From Octopus vulgaris (Eukaryota), in the NCBI GenBank assembly GCA_951406725.2, contig OX597838.1, positions 5,952,001 through 6,016,000 on the forward strand: 64,000 bases of DNA. Direction: 5' to 3'. A program made the position numbers and the translations under genes. How positions within the stretch are numbered: position 1 is the first letter of the stretch; each line of letters opens with the position of its first letter. The notes under the pieces are model-generated. The model did no database searches, was not told the DNA's origin, and saw only the letters and a program-made list of their open reading frames with translations. This document shows, piece by piece, positions 38,069 through 52,105 of this stretch.

Positions 38069-39954
38069 AACTTGTTTGAATTATTGCACTGCGGCCATTC
38101 AAGGGCAACACCTTGAAAGATGTAGTCGAGGATCTCAACATAAGTACATAGTTTTAAGTTATTACTTATTTCACCTGCACATTTCCGAACCATTACTCTA
38201 CGAGAGACGTAGGCAAACTTGTGTGTGTGTGTAGAAACAGTCTCGCACACTCATATATATGGGGTTGTGTATACACACACATCCACACACAGGCGTTGGT
38301 CCGTTCAAATACAAGTACTGGCCCAAGATGCTTGCTATGGTATTGAACCCAAAACAACGAGGTTGTAAAAATGATTTCTTAACTGTAGCCATATGCCTAT
38401 GCATACATAGTTGCTCGCATTGCAATACGAACACCAGTTATTCTTAGCAATGAACATTTTTCATTTGATAAATCTGATTATTTTTCCTTGGGCTGATAGA
38501 GAGAAGAAAGCCTTCCATGTCAAATTTTGACATGGGAAATAAGAAACATTAGCAGACATGTGAGACATGAGGGGAAGAAATTACAGGAGAGCAGTTTTTA
38601 AAAAACATTTTCAGAAAAACAACTGGGCGTCCTAACGGATTTTGAATTCGAACATAAAATTCGTAATATAGCGTTTGTCTGTTTAGCTGTGTAATACGTG
38701 TGTGAATCTGAGAGGGGAATATTTTGGGTAATTAAGGGATTCTCCTATATTTTACTGTACCGAAAGCTAGGAGCTTTCTAGTACCTCTTCGTATATATTT
38801 AGTGTCGATTCTTGAAAAGACAGTGTAATTAGTGCCTTGAAAGTGATAATAATCTATTTTGTTTTGGTCAAGTCCGTATCTGTATATGAGTGACGCCTTT
38901 GTGTGAACAGCTACGTGAGGGAGATTATAACTTCTATCCGAAGAATATTTTAAACCAATGTTCACATGCTATTAGAGCTTCATATGCTTCGAGATCCGCT
39001 ACACCCAAAATTATATATATATATAAACATTTTGAATGCTTCTGAGACAGTATTCGTGTAACAATTTTCTATAGTATTCATACTGATTTCATTCACAAGA
39101 GTGTGTGATTCAGAAAAGTTCTGTCGGCAAGTTCTTTATATATAGATATGTGTGTGTATGAGTATAAATCGGTGCGTTGAACAAATTCTGCGGAATTTCT
39201 TTCGCCCAAATTCCTCAGACACTCCCCCCCTTTGTTACACATTGTCACACCCGGCGTCATAAATGCACTGACCCATACATCAGTTCGCTGGAAACAAATA
39301 CACTGTATTATAAAATAAAGCGAAATCTTAGCGTCAAGATGTCTGTACGGCTGTGTGCGTTCCAGCTTGTTTTAGATCTTCATCTCATTTGTCATGATAT
39401 TTCATTAGAGCTGATGTTGATGTCTCTTACTAATTAGTAATGAGGAAATGGTTTAATGAACGATTCTACAATGTGATACTTTGGCCATTAGTAATTCATC
39501 TCAAAGAGAACGCAGCGGACGTGAATAAGCTTGGCACACACAATGATTGCGTTCCAATTTCTTTTGTTTCTTTTCTATCTCTGTTTCTTTCTATCTCTGT
39601 GTTTCTTTCTCTTCGTCTCATTATTTATTTATTACAAACACTAATATAATTTATTTTTTATTTGTTTTCATCATCCATGCAATTCAACAACAGCGATTCA
39701 ATGTTCCTAATTGACAGCAGAAAAAATATTAGCAGTCAGCAACACCACTAGAATGAGATGTAAGAAGCTGGCTATTCGAGCTCTATCCAGCCACGGGATT
39801 TACTGAAAAACAGAAGCCAAAGTCTCCCACTGAACAACACAAACCACTGTGTCTTTAAGGGGTTAAATTACACGATCTAGTTTTAGAGATATAAATAAAA
39901 GGAATGGTTACATTTGGCATATCTCTGAAATGAGGTGTGCAATGTCAGTGTTGA

Positions 39955-40374
39955 GACGGTGAGTTGGCAGAAACGTTAGCACGCCGGTCGAAATGCTTAT
40001 TGATATTTCGTCTTCCGCTACGTTCTGAGTTCAAATTCCACCGAGGTCAACTTTGCATTTCATCCTTTCGGGTTCGATTAAATAAGTACCAGTTACGCAC
40101 TGGGCTCATATAATCGACTTAATCGGTTTGTCTGTCCTTGTTCGTCCCCTCTCTATTTAGCCCCTTGTGGGTAGTAAAGAAATATGTATTTCGTCCTTTC
40201 TCAGTTCATATACGACCGAGGTCGACTTTGCCTTTCATCCTTTCGGGGTCGATTAAATAAGTACCAGTTACGCACTGGTGTCGATATAATCGACTTATTC
40301 CGTTTGTCTGTCCTTGTTTTCCCCCCTCTATATTTAGCCTCTTGTGGGCAATAAAGAAATAGGTATTTCGTCTG
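39955..40374 (+). mobile_element. Family-A SINE dimer plus start of a third unit
   Basis: Junctions GAAATATGTATTTCGTC (40179) and GAAATAGGTATTTCGTCTG (40356). Confidence 0.92.
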
Positions 40375-40433
40375 TTGATTAGCAACAAAACCGATCATTG
40401 AAAACACTAATAATAAAGTGCCAGGAGATATGA

Positions 40434-41152
40434 TAGAAATAGCACCCAAATATCGTCCACTAATTAGTCTTTAATAACGAAGGGACATTAATGACTGTGG
40501 TCGTAAAACACACATACAAAGTGCTGTCTTGTTGAGAATAGTTTTAGTTGTTGCACTAATCTCTGGCGGATTGTATATGAACCAGTTGTAATAATTTAAC
40601 TGTTGGTCATCCGTAATTCTGTGGATCCATGCTGAGAGATCTGACAATTAATAGGCCTGAACTTTTTTTTTAGGCGATGGCGTAACTCGCTTACATGGAC
40701 CTCGGTGTACAATTGTTACTTGGACCTCAGTGTACAACTGGTATTTTTTCTCTCGAATAGGAACGCGTATTAGCATCGGCAGAATTTAAACCGAGGCGAA
40801 ATGACGCTCAACATTTTGTCCAGAGTGGAGACGATACTACAGACTCTCCGCCTTTAACATGAAAAATAATAGCAGCAAGCAGCAGCAGAGAAATATTGAC
40901 CAACGATGGGAAGCTTTATTTGACCAATGAACTCACTCTCCTAGAAATGACAGTTAAACATTCTATTAATCACACTCTTCAGGATCCAAAGATATACGAA
41001 GTGCATTGCAGTCATAACCTATTGTTGAATACACAAAATTGTTTGTGTTAGGTTTATAGTATCAAGATTTGAGTCTAGAAAACAACAGACGGATACCCAT
41101 TTGCCAAAGAATTTTCTATAAATAGCTGTCAAATATCCTTCAAATTACACCC
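40434..41152 (+). repeat. Cluster of an old dispersed repeat (CTAGAAATAGCAGCCAAAT-like motif)
   Basis: Related motifs at 40434, 40941 and 41116, and elsewhere at 46979 and 62863. Confidence 0.5.
40645..40856 (-). mobile_element. Degenerate family-A SINE with internal short duplication
   Basis: TGGACCTC(G/A)GTGTACAA duplicated; CATCGGCAGAATTTAAAC; GGCGAAATGACGC; CCGCCTT. Confidence 0.55.
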
Positions 41153-41589
41153 ACATGGTTTCTTTATTTTTGTGATCGATAGAGACAACTAGAATGTGAT
41201 CACTAGGGGAGGGGAGGGTTGGACCAACGCGGAACGAAATGTTTGGCTAAGGACACAATACACAACCCCATCAAGGAATTGACCCCACGATCTTATATTT
41301 TGACCAATACCACTAACTAGAACACTTACCACATTTACCATCACTCATTTCAATTATCAGTTTTAGTTATTTGTATTACATTAACAAATGTTTTAAATAA
41401 ACGCAAACATTTTCAATGAAAATTTTTAAAAAATACTTAAAATTTGAATGTAATGATTGAAGAGATTCCTAAAATATTTAAGACGTAAAATTTGAATAAT
41501 TTACGATTGTGACGTTGTTGATTAACTTGTATTAATGGAATTTTATTTTCTGTATTATCGTTGTAATTGTTATTAACATTATTCCATTT

Positions 41590-41950
41590 TTCTTTTTATT
41601 GTGATGGTGATGATGAGGGCAATGAGATTGTTGATGTTGATTGTGATGTTCACTAGGAGTGCCATAACATGATATAAATGATGATGCCACGAGATGATGG
41701 TGAGTGCCATCGATAACATGATGCAACAGCATGGGCGATGATTTCACCCTTACTGATGTTGCAGATGGTGATAAAGTCGATGGCGATAATTGTAATGACG
41801 ATACCTAAGATGAGGCGGGTGACCAACGGAGTGCATGACTGCGATAAGGATCATTACATGGCATTATTGATGATGGTTACGATCTCGTTATAACAATAGT
41901 GATGATTGTCGCCGTATGGTAGTGATGATGCTGGTGCTATGATGATGAAT
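41590..41950. repeat. Degenerate (GAT)n low-complexity tract
   Basis: GAT/TGA-rich eroded microsatellite. Confidence 0.75.
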
Positions 41951-42348
41951 GCTGTTTATCGTTTTCCTGCTTTCTTATTAGTTGCTTCATTACAATCAAG
42001 AACCACATCACACAAAGAAGCAAACAAAAGCGTGAAGAACGAACACGTAAAGGAAAAGCAAACATACATACGCTCCAACTCATACAGATATATAGATGCA
42101 CACACATTTACATTCACAGGCCTCAGTGAATACACACACACAGACACACATACATACACAGAGAATCGCAATAGAGAAAAAAAAACTTCACTTCTTCAAA
42201 AAATTGAAGGTGAAGATTAGTAATAATTTTAATATCAAATAACGCTTAATTATAATATAATTACTTTAATTACACGTATTAACTGGTAATAAATCAATTT
42301 ATTTATTGCCAGGAGTTAAAAAAAAGAATATAAATTATTCGCTATGCG

Positions 42349-42381
<33 letters not shown>

Positions 42382-42489
42382 TAAAGAAAGCGTTGTTTTT
42401 ATATTTTATTATCCATTGTAATTACACACGCTTTCAGTTTAACTGTCTTGCTCTGCACACATTTGCACAAGACACACCCTCTCACACGC

Positions 42490-42538
<49 letters not shown>

Positions 42539-42694
42539 TTTATTTATTTAAAAATCGATTGTCGCATCGAAAAATTCACGCATAGTCAACTCGTTAAAAG
42601 AAATCAAATAAAATGAATCTACCCATGTATCAACTCTAACATTCACAATGTTATCTTTATCGATGGCAAATGATAATGATCATAATTAGTATTA

Positions 42695-42830
42695 AAGCGC
42701 CGATCTGACAGAATCCTAGGCATGGCAGGTGAAATGTTTAACGGCATTTCGTCCTTCATTACGTTCACAGTTCTAATTCCGCTGAGATCGATTCTATTAT
42801 TCAACCTTATGAGGTTGATGAAATAAATAG
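42695..42830 (+). mobile_element. Degenerate family-A SINE 5' part
   Basis: GGTGAAATGTTTAACGGCATTTCGTCC...AGTTCTAATTCCGCTGAGATCGA. Confidence 0.6.
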
Positions 42831-44026
42831 CTAAATATCATTTAGGCAGAAGCGTCGATGAAACAGAATTTTGCGTGCTACCTTTTCTGCTATTATTTAT
42901 TGTAGAACATGTTAGTAATAAACGTTTATCTCTCACGGGTTCAATTTGCAGCACTCCAATCTTTTCACAGTGAGCGTACCGGCCGCTACGGAACTCCAAC
43001 GGAGAGCACACTCGGAGAAACCGTGTGGGCCGAAATGACCAGGAGTTGGTCGTACTACCGCATCTTACGGTACCCAACGTCCATATAATTAGCAAAATGA
43101 TTCTCAAATTTCTGTTCCCACATTGTCAATTGTGGTAAACTCCATTGCGACGACAAAAGTTTGTTACAAAACTAAACTCATACCCTCTGTCTTTAGAACC
43201 ACAAACTATTGTGGCATTCAGAAATAATTCACTCGCGTATGACTTGAATTCGTCTGAGCCCTATTTCTTCAATGCATTTTTCTCCAATTCGGATATGGTT
43301 ATAACTCAGTGATCTCCACTCTCTCGTGGGCATTTATTGATAAGTAAATGATGAGTCTCAATGTACATATAGAATTATTGTGTTTTACTGAAATGCCAAA
43401 ACTCTCTTCCAAACTGGAAATATTTGCTGCACAATTCGTTATAATGAATTGTAAAACGAAAGCCATACAAATATGTCAGATTACTTGGTATACGAGGTAG
43501 AAATCTTTAAAATATAAACACCAGTCTATGTTTGTCAAGAAGCTAGTTTCCATTTGCTTTTGTGCGGTTAAAAATACCCACTTGAGTATATTCAGAATAA
43601 ATAATTTGCTGATATATTTGAAGTAATTAGTATTTTAGGAAAATTACCAAATACATAATGAAGCTTAGTAATTAATTAATTGTCTGTAATAATTTATTTC
43701 CCCTTTCGCTCTAGAAATGTTCAATTAACAAATTCATAATTACGTATCGACTAACAGACAGACACACACAAACAATATACAGGCTTACATACATATATAC
43801 CTGAGGTCGTATATACCTTGCATCCCTATCTCTCTACATCTTCACCTCCTGTGTGCATGTACATTCATATATAAATGTATATCTGTGTGTGTGCATGCGT
43901 GTATGTTTAACGTGTATGTTGTAGACAAATACAAATGTTTCATTTTTGTTACACAGAAGAAGCTTCTGGAGATATTTATTAAACTGAGTCACTGCACTGA
44001 AAGTTCTGGGAATGTTTCGCTTATAG

Positions 44027-44225
44027 CAGTGGTTCTCAAATACTTTTACCTTCGAACTCCTTTCAGTCCTATTTTACTTAGATGGACCTCCAAAGCTACC
44101 ACTCACTGTTTGAAAAAATCCCATTTTAGTTTTACAATTAAATATGATAATGGATTGCATTTTACATTTTACATTCAAATATATGCACACGTGGCTCTCC
44201 TCCATCGGTAATAGAATCCATCTCC
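44027..44225 (+). mobile_element. hAT/Charlie-type MITE remnant
   Basis: Canonical TIR start CAGTGGTTCTCAA at 44027-44039; right TIR eroded (TAGAATCCATCT). Confidence 0.5.
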
Positions 44226-46126
44226 TAAGTTGCAGGTTTTAGCAGTGATTGGCTATTGTATAAGAAGAAACATGCACCAATCATTCGCGGGTGTCTGTTG
44301 TTTCTCATCAGCTATATTGTTCATGTGGTTGTCTATTCTCCTAATACTTCATACTTTTATTTCTAAGGCTTTCTTTCCTTGACCAAGCGGATATTTGTAT
44401 TAATAAATTATTCCAAGCTACTTCATTTTTTCTTATAATTTGAGAGGCACATGATGCGTTTCAGTGTACGCGATCGTCTACATATCACATGGCCTATTGA
44501 TTTCTGAGAATTAGTTTAATTTAAATAGCCTATGCCTGAGACTGAATACTACAGAGAGCAGATTATAACACAATTTGCTCTTAATTGTAGATACGTGTGC
44601 TATTCATTTGAATTATGTTAACAAACAAATTAATGTAGAATCGATACAGATCATAATTCTGCGCAAAGGGCTCTGGCATTGGTATAAAAGGTTTGTACCA
44701 CAGTTTCAGAAAGCTCTTGATAAGATTCGAAACAACCAGCTTTTAGCTTGCTTACGTGGATTACTCACAGACTAGTCAATGCATTAACGTTATTTAAAAT
44801 TGCCATGGTCTGTGAAAAGTTGCTTGGTCGAAATACAAAAGCGTATAAGAAAATTTCAATACCTCATAAATTTACCACTTCGTTGCAACATATTTCCGAA
44901 ACATAAAGAGCAAAGTTGTAGCATATTCAACCACAGACGGGCCTTTTTTTTCTGCAGAAGGCTGGGAGTCATGCATGGACTTTGTATATTACTCATTGAC
45001 CACAGCAAAGACGGGAGAGAACTAATTTCTTTGTAGCAACGTACAGAAACCCGTGTCACGAACTGTGTTTCCCCAAGAAGCGAGGGCCAACTTAGGGCGC
45101 CTACAATACTAAACTATAAAGAAAAGGCATCAAATAGATATCAAAAGCAGATAAAAAGAAAAATAACGTTTGATAATATCTCCTAACTGACAGCTATCTC
45201 GAAATATTATTCCATGTCAAAGGTTACAAAGCCATACATCTATCATATCATATCGAACTTTTACAGTAGACTCATATTTCTCTTCACTGCTGTCATTGTT
45301 GTCTGTTAATCTGTCTAAGTTAGCTTGCTGCCTAAATATATTTTGTATTTACGTATATTTAAATGACTAAACCCACCCACACACACATATATGCGCGCGC
45401 GTTTAAACAGTTACGAATAAGTCATTCAACCTCACATGTAAGTTTATGCTTACATACATACATACATACATACATACACATGCGCACACATACACACACA
45501 CAAACACATACAAAGAGGCGCGCAAATAAATCACATCTAGATAGATAAATTGATTGATAGACACACGCATATATATCTCAAAGTAGTGAGTTTTGAATAT
45601 ACAACTGTAATATATCAACGCAATCGTAAATTCTGTGTAACTTCCACACTGTAGTAGGAATGAGCTATACTCTGTTGGTAAATATATATATATATATATA
45701 CGCACACACATTCACTGACTATTGTGTGATATATAACTCTAGTCTTGCATATGTATCAATGTCAAGAGAGAAAGTGAACTGCTACCATTTCGAAATATTG
45801 CTTAGTTCAGCTGCGTTTTTACTTTGAATTCCACTGGTCAACGAGGCTGTCTCTGTATACCTGAGCTGGCAATTTACGCGCGCGTGTTCGTGTACATGTC
45901 ATATTCTTCTTACTCCAATGACAACTATACTTCTAAAAAAAAATTGTAAATATGCTTTATTGAAGTCAGTTTTTCAGTTTGGGAATAATGTTCAACAGCG
46001 ATGTTCTCTAATGGAGCGGATTGTCTATATATGTACTCAACTCGAAGTAGTTTGGGACAGACTAAGTTAATTTACGTTCCTGATATTGTCTGGATTCTTC
46101 TATTCCTGGTTTTCTTCCTATGTTTC

Positions 46127-46134
46127 ATATATAT

Positions 46135-46202
<68 letters not shown>
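46127..46202. repeat. (TA)n microsatellite
   Basis: Directly visible. Confidence 0.95.
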
Positions 46203-46205
<3 letters not shown>

Positions 46206-46731
46206 TGTGTGTGTGTAATAACATGGAGAGACCGAGTTTTGATTCGTAGACCATAAAGTATGGCTAAATGCTCCTGGAATGGAAGTGACGACCTCGTCGT
46301 AGTGGGGATGCCTTTGATCTTATCTAGCATACATCACACTTTATGTGCAGATAAGCATCAATATATATCGACTTCCAAGAATGTCAGAAAATGTCACTAT
46401 TTGCGCTTGTCATTTCCGTCACACCTATCAAACGGCTTTTGTCCAAAATATCATTTTCATTCTTGTCAGACAGCACGAATTACAATCCTTCATGGATTTC
46501 TCTTCCATTGTTGCTGAAGCAATTATTCACCTGTTTTCTTTGATTGTAGATTTTAATTCTGTTCAAAGAGGACTTGCGTTGCAATAAAGATCTTGTACAG
46601 CAGTTTCAGGAATCGTTTGATACGATTCGAAACAACAAACGTTTAGTTTACTTAGCGATATTGCTAGACTGTAAATGTCGCTGCGTTAATATTCTAATGC
46701 AGTAATTGGTACACGGTCACTCTACATTCTA

Positions 46732-46964
46732 AAGGCGGCGAGCTGGCAGAAACGTTAGCACGCCGGGCGAAATGCTTAGCGGTATTTCGTCTGCGTTACG
46801 TTGTGAGTTCAAATTCCGCCGAGGTGGACTTTGCCTTTCATCCTTTCGGGGTCGATAAAATTAAATACCAGTTACGCACTGGGGTCGATGTAATCGACTT
46901 AATACCTATGTCTGTCCTTGTTTGTCCCCTCTGTGTTTAGCCCCTTGTGGGTAATAAAGAAATA
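46732..46964 (+). mobile_element. Young full-length family-A tRNA-derived SINE (Meta-like central domain)
   Basis: A-box-like TGGCAGAAACG, B-box GAGTTCAAATTCC, GCCTTTCATCCTTTCGGGGTCGATAAA; perfect 17-bp TSD GGTCACTCTACATTCTA at 46715-46731 and 46965-46981. Confidence 0.95.
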
Positions 46965-47699
46965 GGTCACTCTACATTCTAGAAATGGCAGCGAAATAAC
47001 TCTGAAAAACCCGTGCATTTTAGAATTATAAACAAAACATTCCGTGATGTAGTTCTGGATGCAAATGTCTTGGAGAATAAAAGAGTTCCGATTGGTTAGA
47101 ATTGACAGGGACTAAAAACAACTGCATAGTTTTTCAGAAAGCCTGCAACATTCAACAGCAGGAACCTTGCGAGGAACTTTGTGTATATATAAACTAAGAA
47201 TTCCAAAGAGTGGATTGTACCTGGAATTCAAAAGAACCACAGGGTCATGTTGATTCGGAGCTAGAATTAGGTTAACAGTACACATGTGGACGAAATATTC
47301 AACCGTAACATGGGTTGTGGAGATATGTTTGTCGAACATGTGAACATTTATGGGTGGAAATTGTGACTTAGATACATTTATTTGCTTATTACGAGCTAAC
47401 CATCTTTAATGATAGGGACACTTTAATGAAAGATGGGCTGGCTATATTTTGAAATTAGGATTACAGTTGTACCGCATAATTTGTATTAACCAGGGTTTAC
47501 ATATTAACTTCTGACCAACGTAAGCCACGATGACGCTGGTTTACTGTATCTCAGCAGCTTCCGGTATTAAGTTACAATTGTCCCTCAGGTAAAACGTACG
47601 GAAAACGAGGTTCACAAGGTGACCTATCCATTGATAAGCGAGATGGGGTCCAGGTCTTAATTTGAAAACGACAATTATGAGAGTCCTGAGTTGTCCTGG

Positions 47700-48110
47700 A
47701 GGATGATATTGATGCTCAGGCTGCTGTTACAGATGATGTATGGGCTGATGATGATTGCAGGAATATTGACATTGCTGTGGCTGACGATAATACTGATTTT
47801 ATGATATGGATGATATTGGATATAAGAAGGATGCTGGTAGTGACGTTAATGATGACAATATTGCAAATGGAGGATTATGATGATAAGGATTTCGATGATG
47901 CTGAAATGAAGTTTCTATGGATGATGATGATATAGTAATCATTATGATGGCGATGGCGGTGATTATGATGATTATCCCGATACAGATAGGACTAATAATG
48001 ATGATGATTCCTGATCATCTTGACGATCATGATCATAGACGTGTGAGAATTTGAGTATAGTGACGATCATGATATTAATTTTGTTACAGATGATGATGAT
48101 GTCGTTGATG
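47700..48110. repeat. Degenerate (GAT)n low-complexity tract
   Basis: GAT-rich with stop codons; no long ORF in the track. Confidence 0.75.
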
Positions 48111-49269
48111 GGAAGGAAGGTGACTGAAAGGAAGGTTTTGAGAAAGGGGTTGTAGGCAAGGAAGGAAAGGCGAAACGTTCATGTGTAAGGTTCAACGTCA
48201 TCTGATAAGCAGGAAGCTTTCTTTAAAATTTCCTTCTCGTGTCTAATCTTTTGAGAAGTGTTTGCTAATGAGAATTTATTTATTCTTTCTGGATAATTTT
48301 TCTCTCTTTAGTAGGAGCGAATTCCTAAGATCACACGTGTGTGCATATGAACGATTTTGTAGGATCGCATATGTGTGTATACGTGGGATACTGTGTCTAT
48401 TTTTACGTGTTTATTTATATGTGTACGAGGGTACATGAGTATGGGCGATTTTATGTGATTTGGGTACGTTTGTTGTTGTATTAAAATGTATGTGTTGTGG
48501 GGGATCTATTATTGCGCCAGTTGTGCTGTATGAAAATAATGTTGCCGTGTAAACATTTATATGCGTAACTGAGAGCTTCTATGATATATTTCTGGGAATA
48601 TGTTTTGTTTATATGTATGCGAATATATTTAAACGTGTTTTTTTACCTATGATTTTTTAGCTGTATTAAAATATGTGGGTGTCTGCATAAGTCTGTGAGC
48701 GTATACCTCGATGCTGTGCATGCATTTCTGTGTAACTGAGAGAGAGAGAGAGAGCGTGTGTGTATGTGTGTGAATACGTAATAACATGCATGTGTATAAA
48801 GTGTGCGCATGTGAGAGCGTTAGTGGTTATCCAATGAATTCAGAAACGCGCAATCGGCTTAAGGATTGTGAATAATTGATAATCTTGAAAACGGATTACG
48901 TCATCCGTCTCATGAATGACCAGTTTCATAAAATCCTCACATGTAAGGCGATACATCGAAATTATCAAACCGAATGCTCAAGAATGAATTTATCCTCCGC
49001 ATAAATATGTTTCCTGCTACAGAGAGTCGACAATTTGCAACAGGTTAAACCTACTTAGAGAACATAGAAAACCAATTATATAGCTAGTAAATATTAGGTT
49101 TGAAAACGGTTTTGGATAGGAAGATGCGACCCAGTAGATTTTGTTTTATATATACGCAGGAATATATATATATATTCCCTATTTGTTTAGGGCAAGGTAG
49201 CCACAGGAAGACACACGAGGCATTCTATTCATTTCCCAGCTCAAACAGGCGGACCCGTACTACTCTCGG

Positions 49270-49540
49270 CTCATGGCATAGAAAGTGGATTTAGTTGCTG
49301 GAAGCTGAAAGAATCCCATCATATTTATAAATATATATATATACGAGTGTTTGTGTCTTACTACCGGTGTTGGTGTGTTTACGTCTTCGTAACCTAAAGA
49401 TTTGGGGAAAGAGACGGATAGAATAAATAACCGGCTAATGAGAATATCAAAAAGCGTATCCATTCGGTTAGAATCTCTTTAGGGCTGTGCCGCGGTATGG
49501 GCGCAGTCTAATGACCGACGCATTTAAAAGACAAAAGATA
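49270..49540 (+). mobile_element. Degenerate family-C SINE
   Basis: AGTGGATTTAG..CTGAAAGAA, CCGGTGTTGGTGTGTTTACGTC, GAGACGGATAGAATAA, GCAGTCTAATGAC match the 25216 copy. Confidence 0.7.
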
Positions 49541-50564
49541 CGTATAAGTTCTCCAAGATTTATTTGACTAGAAGTTACGTGACACAGTAACTCAACAGCA
49601 GAGTCTGTGCAATCGCTTCCAATAATACTTAGCTACACATATTTTGTTATTACTTTAAAACATTTTAATCTTTCTCAACGCTTAACTCTAATTATTTCCC
49701 CCTTTCTCAACGCTTTACTCTCTCTATTTTACTCTTTATTAAATTCGAAAATGAAATAAGTTCTTACAGAAAAAAAAAAATTCATATAAAATAGAACAAC
49801 AAATTATCGATATTTAAACGTTTACTTTATTCCCACTAATAGCATGAGTATTTAAGCAATCTACTAAATCACTAAATTCTTGCCCTTTCTATGTTCGTAT
49901 CAATAAATTACACAATGTAATAAAATATTTTTTTCTTCTAAATACATTACCTTACAGACAAACGATCATAAATTTCAAAAGGACTAGTCTAAATTAGTAT
50001 CAGCCATAACGCCTTCTATAATTAATTTAGCTACGAACATAAAAGAACAGTGATGTCTAATTAATCATTATAGCTACATAAATTATATCTGAAATATAAG
50101 AAATTTAATTGTAATTACAAATTAGTTCCATATTTTTTTTCCTTTTGTATAAATTGTAGAAAACACCTTTTGTTCCCCCTCAACAAACCCTTTACCTCTG
50201 TTGCATGTTAAATTACGACCATTATATTAGTTTATTGCAAAAGTTAATATATTGAGCATATTTCCTTCCTTTTTGATTCAATATATGCTGTTTGATATAT
50301 GTAAGTTCCGCCGACGGCGACTAAACCGCAGCGCGTATTGTCTAATCATCAGTCCTTTTCCACACACACACATTTAACTAATGGTTCACTTGCCCTTCTG
50401 TCAACCAGACGGAGATTTATCTTCTGCCCTCACCCTTTCCACAGACAAAGGGCTCCGTTTTTTTCCTTGACTTATGCCACTCCACAAGGCAACTACACTA
50501 CTATTTGTGTCCCTATACACACTACCACAGTGTAACTATAAGGGTGAATCTCTATATATAGAGA

Positions 50565-50860
50565 AAGGTAGGTGACCTAGTGCTTAGGGTGTGGGAGGTA
50601 CACACTCGATCGCTAGATCACGGATTCGACTAACAGACTAAGCAGCGTGTTGGGTTCTTGAGCAAAACACTTCATTTCAGGTTCCTCCAATCCTCTTGGC
50701 AGACAATAGGCAGCCTTGCAAGATACAAGCCTTCCGATGAAGTGAGATGTTAACCTGCTCGCATCGTTAGGAGAATGGCATCATGCGAAAAGTCAAATGA
50801 GATGGTCAGTGCATTGTGACCAGCGATGACTATCATTCGATAGTCTGGTCGATATCCTGA

Positions 50861-50862
<2 letters not shown>
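50565..50862 (+). mobile_element. Chimeric SINE: family-D-like head/CORE plus tail Y
   Basis: TTCTTGAGCAAAACACTTCATTTCA as in the 26890 element; CCTGCTCGC, GCATTGTGACCAGCGATG and GATAGTCTGGTCG as in 19093-19190. Confidence 0.7.
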
Positions 50863-50909
<47 letters not shown>

Positions 50910-51704
50910 GTGTGTGTTAGAAACTTTGAGAGATACTGAAAAATATATTTTATCGGAACGCGATTAAGTGGTCCATAAGAGATTTAGTTCTCTCAGTAGA
51001 AGAATTAAATAACAACGTCTAAATATTAAAAAAATTCCTTTGGATAGCTGTCTGGGACATGAACAGCCATGTTTTGTAAAGACGACAAACGTCTACCATT
51101 TTAGAAACTATATTCTTATCAGAGCGAATTTTATATTCCTGATATCACAAAAATTTAGAAAATTCGGGAGGGCGTGAAATATATTTATACCGATATTTTA
51201 CCCGCTATTTATACTTTATACGGTGTGAGATTGACTCATCTAAAAAGAAACATAATATTCACTAATATTCATATATTGATACTGTTACGTTTGCCATAGA
51301 TATGATTAAATTTAATACAAAACCATATTTCAAACAATTTTCAATATGGACGCAGCAATATCTTGGTTATAAACCCTTCCACACGGTTAATGTAAAGCAA
51401 TATTAATTAAACTGTCTAGATACGGTTTAACATTTGGACAACAAACTTTGCATAACGTAACCTTTTAGACTTAATTTAAGCTTTCAAATGACAAACGTTT
51501 GCAGTGAAAGAACGAGAATGAAGAGATATTTCTGTGGATATTTGATTAACTCTTGCTGCTTTCTTCTATAAATCATCTAGACGCCAGATATCTGAATCAT
51601 ATTTATCTCTCCAGTTTAATACACACACTCTCGCACACACACGCACGCACATTTTACAGTGATGAATATATTCATGATAAAACCAGGTTATATTAATACA
51701 TCGT

Positions 51705-52105
51705 AAGGCGGCGAGCTGGCAGAAACGTTAGCACGCGGGGCGAAATGCTTAGCAGTATTTCGTCTGCCGTTACGTTCTGTGTTCAAATTCCACCGAGGTC
51801 GACTTTGCCTTTCATCCATTCAGGATCGATAAATTAAGTACCAGTTACGCTCTGGGGTCGATATAATCGACTTAATCCGTCTGCCCGTCCTTGTTTGACT
51901 CCCCTTTGTTTAGTCTCTTGTGGGTAGTAAAGAAATAGGTATTTTGTTTGCCGGTTCGTTCTGAGTTCAAATTCCGCCGAGGTCGACCTTTGCCTTTCAT
52001 ATTTTCGGAGTCGATAAATTTAGTACCAGTTACGCACTGGAGTTGATGTAATCCACTTTATCCCTTTGTCGGTCCTTGTTTGTCCCCTCTATGTTTAGTC
52101 CCTTG
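51705..52105 (+). mobile_element. Family-A SINE dimer flanked by a single TSD
   Basis: Head plus two units, junction at 51932; TSD TAATACATCGT at 51694-51704 and 52106-52116. Confidence 0.93.

Noticed and set aside
39180-39222. Minus-strand CTGAGGA...GAAA
   Set aside because: Stem I cannot form and stem II is negligible.
44295-44315. Minus-strand CTGATGAGAAAC hammerhead-like boxes
   Set aside because: No stem II and no stem I or III pairing.
47700-48110. Asp-rich coding-like tract
   Set aside because: Eroded (GAT)n microsatellite with stop codons; the same pattern occurs at 41590-41950.
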